Below are positions 26,166-38,182 of a DNA stretch of 64,000 bases, one piece after another. A model generated the notes under the pieces. That model did not search any database. It saw nothing but the letters and a program-made list of their open reading frames with translations, and was not told where the DNA came from. The translations under genes and the position numbers were made by a program. Position 1 is the first letter of the stretch, and every line of letters starts with the position of its first letter. The DNA comes from Rhizodiscina lignyota (lineage: Eukaryota). Location: positions 1,860,001 through 1,924,000 of the forward strand of contig ML978124.1 of assembly GCA_010015805.1 (NCBI GenBank), given 5' to 3'.

Positions 26166-27848
26166 ATGTCGTCCAAGGATAACATATCCTTTATTGAAGA
26201 ACTCCAAGATGACCTGCGTGGGCCACCCGTCCAGTTCACAAAGGAAGAAGAGAAGAAGATCCTTCGCCGCATCGACATTCGTCTGATCCCCCTTTTGTCT
26301 ATCTTGTATCTCATCTCTTTCCTTGATCGAGGGAATGGTAGGCGGGATTGTTCTAAAGTTCGATGGGTCCCCTTGAGACTAATTCTGCATTGTAGTCGGC
26401 AATGCTCGCATCGCTGGCATGACCGAAGACCTCCATCTCACTGGAACGCAATACAACATCGCGTTGACCATGTTCTTCATTCCATACGCACTCTTCGAGA
26501 TCCCAAGCAATATCGTGCTAAAGATTCTGCGGCCGCGAATCTGGATTCCCACGATCATGCTGGCGTGGGGAACGGTAATGACGTGAGTATCTTCACGGAC
26601 TTTTCCGGACTCGCTGACTGATTCGTCATAGTCTTATGGGGATTGTGCAAAACTACCAAGGCCTCGTTGTAGCACGTGTGTTCCTCGGGGTCGCAGAAGC
26701 AGGGTTCTTTCCTGCAGCTTCCTTTTTATTAACCTGCTGGTATCCGCGGCATGAGCTGCAACTTCGTATTGGCTACTTTTACGGTGCCGGAGCGCTGTCA
26801 GGGGCATTCTCTGGGCTGTTAGCCTTTGCGATTGAGAAGATGAATGGCGTTGGTGGGCTCGCAGGGTGGCGTTGGATATTCATCCTTGAAGGGCTGATAA
26901 CCGTAGTGGCGGCAATGGTAACACCGTTCTTTATGAACAACGACCCTGCGAGCGCTCGGTTCCTCTCAGAAGATGAGAAGAAGTTCGTCCTGTGGCGGCT
27001 ACAAGTCGAACAGGGGCGGGTAGGAGCCGATACGGAGAGCGAAGAACCATTCAAGTGGAAGTACTTCTGGGCAGCGGTCCAGGATTGGAAGGTATGGTTG
27101 AGCATTGTAGTATATTGGGGGAATGCAATGCCTATATATGGGTAAGATTCCAAAATATAACTAAGATAGATTAAGACTAACCGTTAACCAGTTTCATTTA
27201 CACCGTTCCAGTCGTAATCAACGAGCTTGGGTATTCGTCAGCAAACGCTCAACTGCTTACCATTCCCATCTATGTCGCAGCTGTCATAGGGACCATAACC
27301 GCAGCGTATCTCTCCGACAAATACCACACTAGATCACCGTTCATAATCGGTCCACAGCTATTCGGCGCGATCGGCTTCGTTGTCGTAATGGCAATACCAA
27401 AAGGAAAGTATCCCGGTGCCGTATATGGTTCGCTTTTCATCATCGCAATCGGGCTTTATACCACCATTACAGGTGTGGTATCGTGGACAGGTAAGGCTAA
27501 CTGCAGATCCTGGTCGCCAATGCTGAGTTTGAGTTAGGCAACAACCTTGCGGGCTCCTGGAAGCGCAATATCGGGATGGCGATACAAATATCGTTGGGGA
27601 ACTTGGGTGGCGCGGTGGGAACTAACATATATCTGGAAAAAGAAGCACCGGAGTACTGGCTCGGCTTTGGCTTCTCGCTCGGTATTCTTCTCTGTGCGAG
27701 TGCGGTGGCGATGGCGCTAAGGGTGGCTCTGCAAAGAATCAATGCAAAAAGAGACGCCATGAGCGCTGAGGAAATTCACTCGAGGTATACAAGAGAGGAA
27801 CTGTGGGAGATGGGAGATGCTAGTCCACTCTTCAGATATACTCTTTAG
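26166..27848 (+). CDS. MFS anion:cation symporter (Tna1/Dal5 family), multi-exon
   Basis: LRRIDIRLIP, FLDRGN, EIPSN, RVFLGVAEAGFFP, WYPRHELQLR, GWRWIFILEG, NNLAGSWKR, GDASPLFRYTL. Confidence 0.93.
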
Positions 27849-28009
27849 AGACAAAGAGATAGATCAGTATGTGAGGTATTCGTGGTATCAAGCAAAGTAA
27901 AAAGTATGCTGGTCGGGCATCTTAAATTCTGCAGGAACGAAGACAGAAGAAACCCATTGGCTGTAAAACTTAATCATATGAAAGAATTTGGTTGATCAGT
28001 ATCAAACCT

Positions 28010-29131
28010 TCATTCGTCATCGGTGCTCTCCGCATCGCCACCACCTCCCTCTTCATTTTGCTGTTCTTCGCCATCTTCGTCGCCTACGAGGGGCACGAAT
28101 CTGAAGTCGACAAAGCTCATGTGTTGTTCTGCGCCGCTCCCTCCTTCAACTTCGATCATGAATTGCAAGCTCAAGACCCCCTGGTCATCCACTCGTACAC
28201 TGACTTTAACAGCTTGCTTCATGGCCAACGTTGCCGCGCGTATCATGGAAAATTTGTAGCTGTTCACGCTTCGGATGCTCGCCTGGAATGTCTCAAGGAC
28301 GCCAGAAGCTCCAGTGGCTTGAGGAACGGCCGCTGAAGGATTCGGATGCGAGAAGCTTGCTGCTCCGCTTTCACGCTTAGCGGTCATTTCATCGAATTCG
28401 ATTTCGGCGCTTCCAAGGGGCCCTGATGCTCGGAGCCTGAAGCCTACTTTCCCAGGACCAGCTTCAATCGTGAGACGCTCTGGGTTTGTTGCGGCGAGTT
28501 CAGCAATCGCATCCGCAAGCCATTCACTCCGCATGATCACCTTCGTGGCTAGTCTGTCGCGCGCGAAAGGTATGTCTTCCATCTGATTTGGTTCATATGT
28601 TGTGAGTTCACATTTCGTCTCAACATTGCCTTCCGAGATCATGATTGTGAGAGGCTCTCCATTGTTATCGTAAGTCAACGTACACAGCGAAGTTAGGCCG
28701 AGTGTGGAGGCAGAGAAGGCAGAGATGGCGGGCTTGTTATACGAATGGAAGCGGGAGGAGCTAGATGTCGAGGTATCCGATGCACCGAATATTTGAAGGG
28801 TTTCGAGGAGGGCGGGAAGGTTAATTTCGAAAATAGGGGTCAACGCGTTGTCTTCCTCGGGTTGTTGGTATTTGAAGGCGGTGAAGAGTTTCTTATCGAG
28901 GAATGCGTGACCTGTATTGCTATGATGTTAGAGAGATGGAATGATAGAGGCGCAGAAGGCGACGGTGGAGACGACACCTTCCATTACACTTGATTCTCCA
29001 GTACTAAAGCGAAGACCATCCTGAGATATTTGGACTTGAACTTTGTTGGTAAACGCGATGCATTTGAGCAGTGAGTGCAGCTGCCGAGCCGAGCTCGAGA
29101 CTGCGCTGAACAGAGGCTGATTGCCTAGCAT
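28010..29131 (-). CDS. rad1: 9-1-1 checkpoint clamp subunit Rad1/Rec1/Rad17, one intron
   Basis: PLFSAVSSSARQLHSLLKCI, FEINLPALLETLQIFG, CELTTYEP, KVSVRVDDQGVLSLQFMIE, FVDFRFVP. Confidence 0.92.
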
Positions 29132-29314
29132 GGTGGGAGAAAGACGCGTCAAAATTGCACAATTGGACGCGCCTAGCAGTGTGGGGAAACTTTTGGCAAA
29201 GATAGGCCGCGAACGAAGTTTTCTATGTTCGCGTCTCGTTATGGCTCTTTCGTGTCGATCGTAGAGTATTGTACATGAGGTGATGATAGAAAGGTAGGTG
29301 GGGAAGGTATATGG

Positions 29315-29710
29315 TTAGACGTAGACTCCGGCCGCGCAGATCATGTACACCGCGCCGAAACTGAATGAATTAGCCAAGGAGCGTAGTTCATCTTGTATTT
29401 AGTTTTGCTCACCCAAACGCGAGGGAAGCAGGTATGCCAAAGATAGGCAGGGTCAGGAGCGAGCGGTCTTCACGACAGGTAAGCCACATCTACAGTGGAA
29501 TGAAGCTCAGGGAACTGACTGAGGGCGAAAGCACCCGAGAGGACAAAGGCTGCACCATCGTCAGAATTATCCTTCAAATAGAGAGGGTAAAGGCTCACCG
29601 ATGAGTAGGAGGACAAATCCTACTGTGAACTGGCTGTTCTTTCCAATGCCTGGTTGAAATGGGCCGGCTGCTGCAGCGTCCCAGACGTCGTTAAGGGAGA
29701 TTGTAGACAT
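29315..29710 (-). CDS. OST5: Oligosaccharyltransferase small subunit Ost5-like, three introns
   Basis: Spliced MSTISLNDVWDAAAAGPFQPGIGKNSQFTVGFVLLL..GIPASLAFGFGAVYMICAAGVYV*. Confidence 0.85.
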
Positions 29711-30063
29711 TGATCCGATCTCCAGCGCAGCACACAAGTCACACAAAGGGTGTTGCTCTCGAGTGATTGGGCTAAAGGAGCGTTGTTGTGGTGTGAACTG
29801 GATGTTCAACTTGAGGCCACAATTTCACAACCAGATTCAATCTGGAAACGCCGAAGCTTAGACCACACGATCGACGCAATCACATGCACCTTATGTAAGC
29901 ACCCCACAGATTTTATATGCAGGTCCTTGTCACCTGCAAGCTTGAGCCCGCCTAAGGACCCCCTCTCAGCCTCCACCTCACAGCTGCGTCGACGACTTGT
30001 ACGCTATCGCTCTTTCTACACAACACAACCTCACCAAAGGCGATCCGCGCACCGACAGCCACG

Positions 30064-31706
30064 ATGGCGCCTGTCGTGAAGGAAGAACGTAAGTCATCTC
30101 TCCTTCTCAACATGTTTCCGGTTGTACTGTATGCTGGCACCACTATCCTTTACCCGCAAAGTACAACACGATGCCGCCCAAGCCGGAGAAGGCACAGGAT
30201 CGAACAAAGGCTTTGCTGCGACAGCGCACAGCGGGCACAGCCAGATTCACTCGAAGAGCCCAGCCTCTAAACGACTACATATTCTCAAGAGAGATTGGCT
30301 CCGTTGTGCTTGAACGACCATCGAACAGCCGACTTGGACGACTTGGGGCTTCTAAGAAGCGCCCCGGGCTTAGTCTACATCTCGATTCTGCATGCCGTGA
30401 TGACGTTGGTGCTCCCGAACTGAGCCGCAATCTGACAATTCTCTAGATAAGCGCAAAGCGAGCGTCGATCTTGATGCCGATAGCCCTGCAAAGAAAATCA
30501 AAGAGTCCACCAGCCCGACCGAAGAGATAACGTCCCCTACCAAGTCCACTTCTGGCATTGTCACGTCCTTTCCTGAAAAAGCCGCCGTGAAAGAGGAGCG
30601 CGATGGTGTCATCGAGTTCAAGGTCGTGAACAATGATGGCGCGAGGGAAAGCACAATCATCCTCACGGGGTTGAAGAACATATTCCAGAAGCAGCTGCCG
30701 AAGATGCCAAAGGACTACATCGCGCGACTAGTATATGATCGCACACATATGTCCATGGCTATAGTGAAGAAGCCGCTTGAAGTGGTTGGAGGCATCACGT
30801 ACAGGCCTTTCAAGCACCGACAGTTCGCTGAGATCGTCTTCTGTGCCATATCCTCTGAGCAGCAAGTCAAAGGCTACGGCGCGCATCTCATGTCACACTT
30901 GAAGGACTATGTCAAAGGAAGTACCGACATAATGCACTTCCTTACATACGCCGACAACTACGCTATCGGATATTTCAAGAAGCAAGGCTTCACCAAGGAG
31001 ATTACCCTCGATAAGCCGCGCTGGATGGGATATATCAAAGATTACGAAGGCGGAACTATTATGCAGTGCAGCATGATCCCCAAGATCCGCTACCTTGAAG
31101 CGCCACGCATGCTCATGAAGCAGAAGGCCCTTATCCACGCGAAGATCGAGCGTGTCTCCAAGAGCCATGTTGTGCATCAGCCACCCGACGCCTGGAAAAA
31201 TGGCGTGAAGCCCATAGATCCGCTTTCCATCCCAGCGATAAAGGCGTCTGGCTGGTCTCCTGACATGGACGAGCTGGCGCGCGCTCCACGCCACGGACCC
31301 AACTATAACCAGCTTCTTCGCCTGCTGAACGAGCTGCAAAACAACACGAATGCGTGGCCATTCCAGCTGCCTGTCAACAAAGACGATGTACTGGATTACT
31401 ACGATGTCATCAAGGAGCCCATGGACCTTAGTACGATGGAAGACCTCCTGGAGAAGGATAAATACACAACCCCGGAACTGTTCATCAGGGATGCAACGCT
31501 CATCTTCACCAACTGCCGCAAGTACAATACCGAGAACACACCGTATGCAAAAGCTGCAAATCGGCTGGAGAAGTTCATGTGGACCAAGGTCAAGGAGATT
31601 CCCGAGTGGTCGGTAAGTGACAAATCTCCGTCAATGATTCAAATGAGTGTATTTGGCTAACATTGTACAGCACATTGAACCCGATCAGTTCAAGGAGGAG
31701 AAGTAA
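30064..31706 (+). CDS. GCN5: Histone acetyltransferase Gcn5 (GNAT + bromodomain); introns 30089-30446 and ~31613-31670
   Basis: [54 protein letters not shown], bromodomain [18 protein letters not shown]. Confidence 0.97.
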
Positions 31707-32455
31707 CTTGTTGGCTTTGGACGGCTTTTTATGTGTTCTTTCATCACAGCGTGGCGCTTGGTAAGGCTTGGGTTTTACATTTGGTAGCAGATATCCTCTT
31801 CAGGTTACGGAACGGGAGCTTATACCCCGGAACACGAGGCATGACGGTCTTTGGGCGACTGGATACAAGGCATCAGGACACCTTGGAATGGATAGGAATG
31901 AGTCGAGACTCTCAATGAATTACAATTGTTTTAAATAGCGCATTACTGCCCATTCAATTTAAGCGAGATTGGCAACCCTGGCTTTTGTGCGAATAGCATT
32001 TTTCCTCGAAAAATATGAGATCTAGAATACAGCCAGCGCAACGCGAGACTAAAGCAGCACCGGGATTTCATCAATTTCATTAAAGCATTACCAAACCACC
32101 AGTGAGTACTTGTTGCAAATTCAAAACACCGACGAGGACGTGATCCAGTCCCAGATCCAAAACGCAAGAGACGCCTTCAGCCGTCTTTTCCCGTCCGTGA
32201 GAAAACATGAAGGTCAGAGTGTAATGAAAAAGACAAGTCTGCTGAGAACCCATGGAGATTCACCTTCAGAGCCCATCTTTCCCATCTACGAGAAAACATG
32301 AGTGCTAGAGTGTAATGAAATCAGCCAATTTGCAAAACCCCATCGAAGTTCGCCTCCAGAGCTGAAGTGTAATGAGTCTCGATGCGCGCTTCAGGAGCGC
32401 CTGTTGAGAGGTAGCATTGCGGCATGATGCAGCAGTGCTTAGTCGGACCGTCAAT

Positions 32456-34202
32456 CTACCACTCGAATTCACCTTGGGCCTTGTGGAAGACGTAGCTAGA
32501 AGACGATGCGTTAGTAGGATGTTCTGCAGAATATGAGAACCGTGCAACATACTCTTTGCCTTTCGTCGACAGGACTCCGTCCTTGAGAGTACACTTCCAC
32601 TTGTTCTTGACCCTCTGCACCTTGTCGTACGTGCAAAGAATTGCCTCACTAACTGCCGCTCCTTCGTCATCCTCGACCACCTGGTTGTTCTCGTCCTCAG
32701 AATCGTCCAAGTCAGAATTGATGGCATCTTCATCGACTTCATCTTCATCGAATCTCGGCTTCTCGTCGTCCTCATCCTCCTCGTCCCCGCCGTCCATCTG
32801 AGCGATAGTTGGTAGAGTGGATGGCTCCGCCGGATTTGAAGACGAAGGCGGTGCGCCCAGGGCGGCCTTGCGCTTGAGACCTCGAACTTTCGTGGCCTTC
32901 GGAAGTTCTGAGAGGGGAACCATGAGTCCACTGTCCGTGTTGAATGCCATCCGCTCAATATGCGCCTTGATCTGACCGTCGGCAGCAATGCGGTCAGCTT
33001 CACTGCGACCTCGGCCCTGAGCGATGTTAACGCTCCACTCCGCAGCACCGTCACCAGCGCCATCAGTCTGAGCTGCGCTCAGGGAGTTGCGCTGCTGCTG
33101 TGGGGGCTGCTGCTGAGGCGGGTATGGCTGTTGTTGAGGTACTCGCTGCTGCTGCTGGCCCGGAAGCTGGATGCCCGTCGATCGGGGTTGGCCCGGGAGT
33201 GCGAAGCCCGGTTGAGGCTGTGCTCCACCTTGTGGCATAGGTGGGCCAGGTTGGCTGCCGTACTGCTGTTGCAAGAGACTTGCTGCTCGCTGTTGGGCAA
33301 ATGTAGAGCCTTGGACAGTGGGATATCCATTCATCCCAGAGTTGTAGCCTTGAGCGCCATTCTCATAGCCAGGCTCAGTTTTGATACGTACACCATTTGA
33401 AGCGGTCTGTCCCGAAGGATGCGATGCACCCGCTGTAGGAGGCGAGTCTTCTTGCTTCTGCACGTTCGACGGGAGAGTGGGCGGATTCGGGGCGGAAGTC
33501 TGCACTGGCGCCGGGTCCCAAGGGAACTGAGCGACATGATATGATGTGAGCCGCTTCTGCCAGGCCTATTATAGCTAGGAGTTAATAACATTTTCCCCAA
33601 AAATTAGAATAAAAGTGAATGGAACTGGGGTATTCGCATGGTGTGGCAGGTCAGATGACCTGCAGGCCCAGAAGAGTCTAGCGCTGGCGGGGATGAGGGA
33701 GGCGCGAGGGGCAAGGCAGGTAGGTATAAGAGGCTCGCCCAAATACGCGCGATCGCCCGTCCCTCGAGTGAAGTCCCGGCCAGCGCACCCCCGCTTTTGC
33801 TGGCTGAGTCGCCCGACAGAACGCCGCCTTCGACGACGAATATCCATCGAAAACGTACTCGTACCATCGAACAACGAGGTGGGAACGTATGAAATAAGCA
33901 AGCAGAAGGCGTGTGGAGACATGCGCAAGTGGAAATCCGTCGCGTCGAAGGGGGAGTGAAGTGCTTGGCTTCTCCTTACCTCCTTCAGTTCAGCCAGTGT
34001 CGCCTGGTCGATGCCAGACTCTTCGAAGTCATTTTGCGACTGCTGGATGACCTTGTCGATGATCTGCGCATAGATGTTTCCCTGTTCCGAAAAGCACGAC
34101 GGTTAGCACAAAGCGTGGGATAGAAACTGCGCCGTTGTAGCAGTCGGCCTTAAGCATCAAAGGAAGCCAACAAGGTTCACTGACCACTACCGAGTTCGAC
34201 AT
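32456..34202 (-). CDS. TOA1: TFIIA large (alpha/beta) subunit; includes a 414-nt intron 33979-33566
   Basis: N-terminal MSNSVV/GNIYAQIIDKVIQQSQNDFEESGID; C-terminal INSDLDD, CTYDKVQRVKNKWKCTLKDGVL, YVFHKAQGEFEW. Confidence 0.95.
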
Positions 34203-35393
34203 CGTCACAGCTTCCACTACCTCACCGCTTCACCGCGTACGATCGATTAGCGGCGCAGGAGAATGTCGGATGGAGAGTGTGTGGCGTTGTGAAGTGTTTA
34301 TTCGAAACGTGAACACTGCGGATGCCGCCTGTCCACTGGTAGCGTCGAGCCTTGTATAGGCTCAAATCACTCCTTCAACTTCTGTTCAACCCTCGCATAT
34401 GCAAGCGGCTTCTTCAGTTTGCGAATATTGCCGTGTTATGTTGTGTCCGTAAATTGCGCTGCAGGCGTTCGGAGGTTGCAAGTAGGCTGAGGCGAAACCT
34501 AGGGAAGAGATTCAGGCCTCTTGTTGATGACTAGCGGCACGTGATCGGCCCGAGCGCTTAGTCACCTAAACACTCTTTGTGTTCAGTCGTGAAGTTTTCA
34601 AATATTGTGTTCGCTCTCGAATAGAAGTCGTTACCATTGAAAGGAGTTCTGTCATTCCGTATTAATCATTCGAACCATGTTTTCTCCGTCATGCTGCAAC
34701 GTTGCCTTTGCCGCCTCTTCGCATCTCCCTATTCGATCCAAAACGGCCGCTGACAGATAAGTTTTGATCTATAGGGATGACATAGTCTCTTTGCTTTTGT
34801 GCAGTTCATATTGAAAGATCTCGCTTTAGCTACAATAAGATGTCTTCATTCACGCTCTCGTCCTTGTCAGATTTCACCTCTCTTAGGAGAAGCGATGAGT
34901 AACTTCGGTGATGCTTCTTTATCGCAACCGCTTCAGCATCTAATTCAGCCATTTAGAATCGGTCTGACATCCGACAAGCAGATGACCTCAGCTATGGTTT
35001 CGTGTCTTAACTTCTAGCTACTAATTAATTGCAATCATAGCAAGCGAGCCATTGCGACGTAGTTCATCCCACTGCTACTCTATATAATACAGAAGACATG
35101 TTTTAATCGTCCACTCACTCTTGCAATTGTTGGTCGTACTGTAAGCCGAGATAACCTCGCTGGCGCCTACTTATGTACTGAAACTGGAGACGAACACAAT
35201 TGTGACAATTGTGCTAGTCCCATACGCTACGCTCAAACCGTGTCTCAGCAAATCATTGTCTCGGTCTCTTTTCGCCCGAGGCAAACCCCAACCTGGGACT
35301 ACGGTCTGCAGTATGCCCAACTACGCAACTCGTTATATCCTTATTTATGCACACCATTAAAGCATCTTTGCAGCAAATTGTACCTCTGCAACC

Positions 35394-36527
35394 ATGCCAC
35401 CCAGGAGAATAATAGACTCCCATATCCATCTTTGGCCCCATTCAGCGGCGAGCCCTTCCGGCCATTCCTGGATGGAACCCGGCGCTCTCCTGACACGACA
35501 GTTCTCAATTGGAGACTACATTGCTGCAAACAAACATGATCCTGCTTTAGAGGGATTTGTGTATGTAGAGACAGATCGAAAATTGAATCCGTTTCGTTCC
35601 GAGGACCAGAATTTTGAGTGGGCCTCCGAGACTTTCGAGGAAGTCAAGTGGCTGAAGAGAATCGTAGAAGGTACACCCTTGGAAGGTGAGGGTTTCACAA
35701 AAGAGCAAGGGGACTTAATGAAGGGCGCGGTGATCTGGGCGCCTGTAGACCATGGATTGGATGTCTTTAAGAGATATATTCAGATGGCACGAGATGTAGC
35801 GGGTGATAAGACGTGGAAAAGAGTCAAAGGTATTCGATTCTTGCTGCAAGGAATTCACGACGAGACAAAGTTCAAGCAGTTGGTGCTTAGTGCAGGATTT
35901 GCGGATGTCTTGAGGTATCTGCCGCAGACGGAGGAAAGGTTGAGCTTTGATGTCGGTGTTGATGCAACTAGAGCCGGTGTGTGGCAGTTGGAAGTGGCGA
36001 CAGATGCGATCGAAAGCCTCCGCGCTGCTGGAGAAAGTGGCAAGAATACTGTATTCATATTAAGTGAGTTCTGTGAAAAGCCATTCCGGAACACATCCCT
36101 GACAGAATCAGACCACATGTGCAAACCGGTATACGCTCATTCACCTCCGCAAACCGAAGCGGAGACGTCCAATTTCAACAGGTGGGCATCCTGTATTGAG
36201 CGGCTGTCGAAGGATCCGAATGTGTATATGAAGCTCTCAGGTGGCTTTTCGGAGATGCAAAAGCAGGAGGCTTCGAATCCCTGGCCATCATCCAAAGTTG
36301 CAGACACGATGAGGCCTTGGCTGGATCGGTTATTTAAATGCTTCTCTCCGGATAAAGTCATGTTTGGAAGCGACTGGCCAGTGTGTAATGTCGGAGGACC
36401 GGGCATTGAGCATGCTTGGTCGAGCTGGAAGGTGGCTGTGAACAAGATCTTGGAGAACTATCATTTAACAGACGAGCAACAGGCGCAAATCTGGCACGGC
36501 ACGGCATTGGAAGCATATCGTCTGTGA
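35394..36527 (+). CDS. LRA2: Amidohydrolase, L-rhamnono-gamma-lactonase; probable in-frame intron 36064-36111
   Basis: IIDSHIHLWP, GFVYVETDR, NHMCKP after splicing, YMKLSGGFSE, MFGSDWPVCNVGG; adjacent to LRA1. Confidence 0.85.
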   Translation: MPPRRIIDSHIHLWPHSAASPSGHSWMEPGALLTRQFSIGDYIAANKHDPALEGFVYVETDRKLNPFRSEDQNFEWASETFEEVKWLKRIVEGTPLEGEGFTKEQGDLMKGAVIWAPVDHGLDVFKRYIQMARDVAGDKTWKRVKGIRFLLQGIHDETKFKQLVLSAGFADVLRYLPQTEERLSFDVGVDATRAGVWQLEVATDAIESLRAAGESGKNTVFILSEFCEKPFRNTSLTESDHMCKPVYAHSPPQTEAETSNFNRWASCIERLSKDPNVYMKLSGGFSEMQKQEASNPWPSSKVADTMRPWLDRLFKCFSPDKVMFGSDWPVCNVGGPGIEHAWSSWKVAVNKILENYHLTDEQQAQIWHGTALEAYRL

Positions 36528-36559
36528 AAACTGGATCGCCGGAATCAGATCGATCAAAG

Positions 36560-37449
36560 CTATTGAAGATTTACAAAAAAGCCGCCATCAACCAGGAGCT
36601 GGGCACCATTCTGAGAAGAATTCAGTCAGCGATTCGATGTTGCGTGTGATGAAAGGTACTTACCACATATCTCGACATGTCACTTGCTAGGAAAACAGCT
36701 GGACCAGCAAGATCATCCGGTACACCGGTACGTCCCAGTGGTATCCTCGTCTCTGTATACTTTCTCTTCTCATCATTTGCGAGGTCTTCTTCATTCAGCT
36801 GTGTTCGTATGGTACCCGGAAGTAAGGCATTGCATCGAATGTTATACTTCCCCAGTGCAACAGCGCATGATTGCATCAAACTCAGGATTCCGGCCTTTGT
36901 AGGGGTATAGTGAGTCTGTAAGCCGCCTCCAACAAGGGCAGATATGGAAGAAATGCCGATAATGGATCCGCCGTTGCCCTGTTTGACCATCTGACGAGCA
37001 GCCGCTTGGACAGCATAGAAGGCGCCTGAGAGATTTATTGAAACTGTGAAGTCGAAATGTTCTTTCTCGAGTCTACTCTCGGAGTCAGCGACTGCAAGCA
37101 TAGTAATATCAATAATTGATTCTCATGGTGCTTACTCAAGGAATTCAGCGAACTTGCATACTCCAGCATTGCTCACAAAGACATCAAGCTTGCCAAATGC
37201 CTCAACCGTCTTCTCCACCAGCTCTATTGCTGTCTCTTTCTTTGAGATGTCTCCAGGAACGCCAATGAGCTTGCTTCCTTTCGGAGCTTCGTCCAACATG
37301 GTCTTAAAATGATTATTTGACCAATCATCGCCGAGATGGTTGATGGCTACGCAAGCCCCTTGTCGTAAATATTCCAGCGCAATCGCTCGCCCGATGCCGC
37401 TCACGCCCCCTGTGATTGCTGCAGCCTTGCCTTTCAGAAGCTCTGCCAT
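36560..37449 (-). CDS. LRA1: L-rhamnose-1-dehydrogenase (SDR), two introns
   Basis: TGGVSGIGRAIA, SNAGVCKFAEFL, SSISALVGGGLQTHYTPTKAG, CNALLPGTIRTQLN, GAQLLVDGGFFVNLQ*. Confidence 0.92.
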
Positions 37450-38182
37450 TTCTTCTTATTATTATTTTGAATTCAGTCAAAAGCTGAAATCCTGTGCGTA
37501 ATGACCGATCTAAAAGTTCAACTGCTCGCTGGAAGAGACGTCGTCACGTCTTGCCTCATACTTTGTACCTGCATCACTCTCTCGTCAACCGGGATATCGT
37601 CGCCCGAGGTATAGCGAACCCGATGATTTTCAAGAGACTAAGGGACCCTGCAGGACCCCGTGGGGACAGGGTGAGCTTCTCGAACATTTCTATGTAAGGC
37701 TTCTGGAATGGACTTCTATTGATCAGAGAACTGATGATCATTGAATCTGTCCAGGATGAGCTCTTATAGAGCCTCGTTATGAAAAGCAAACTGATAGAAC
37801 CATTTAGTCCTATCAGAGAAACAAAGATACATACAAACAGTAATCCAGCAAAAAGAGATGATGTAGACTCTCAAACAACAATTTCGGGGGTTGAAGGGGC
37901 TCGATTGCGCCGATGTGTCCCTTGCATGCGTGGACTGCCCAGAGGTTGAATGGTAGTCCACAGCATTCGGACATCACATTGTCTTACCGAACTCATGTTT
38001 CATCATTGTTAACACATGATTCACGCCCTTCAAACCTATACCTTATCAACTCAAAAACATGTGATCATTTTATTATGAGTTGAAGATTCGTCAAGGTCGA
38101 GATGGAGCAAGCGACGTGGAGTAGACGCAGGCACAGTACAGTTGGGCACAATATCCAAACATGTATCTAACAGGGCTAATAG

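Noticed and set aside
30398..30435. GTGATGA..CTGA box C/D-like motifs in the GCN5 intron
   Set aside because: Too short for a snoRNA; the last CTGA is the branch point and there is no recognisable guide.
37731..37816. TGATGA..CTGA and a small hairpin upstream of LRA1
   Set aside because: No convincing terminal stem or rRNA complementarity by eye; an Infernal scan would be needed.
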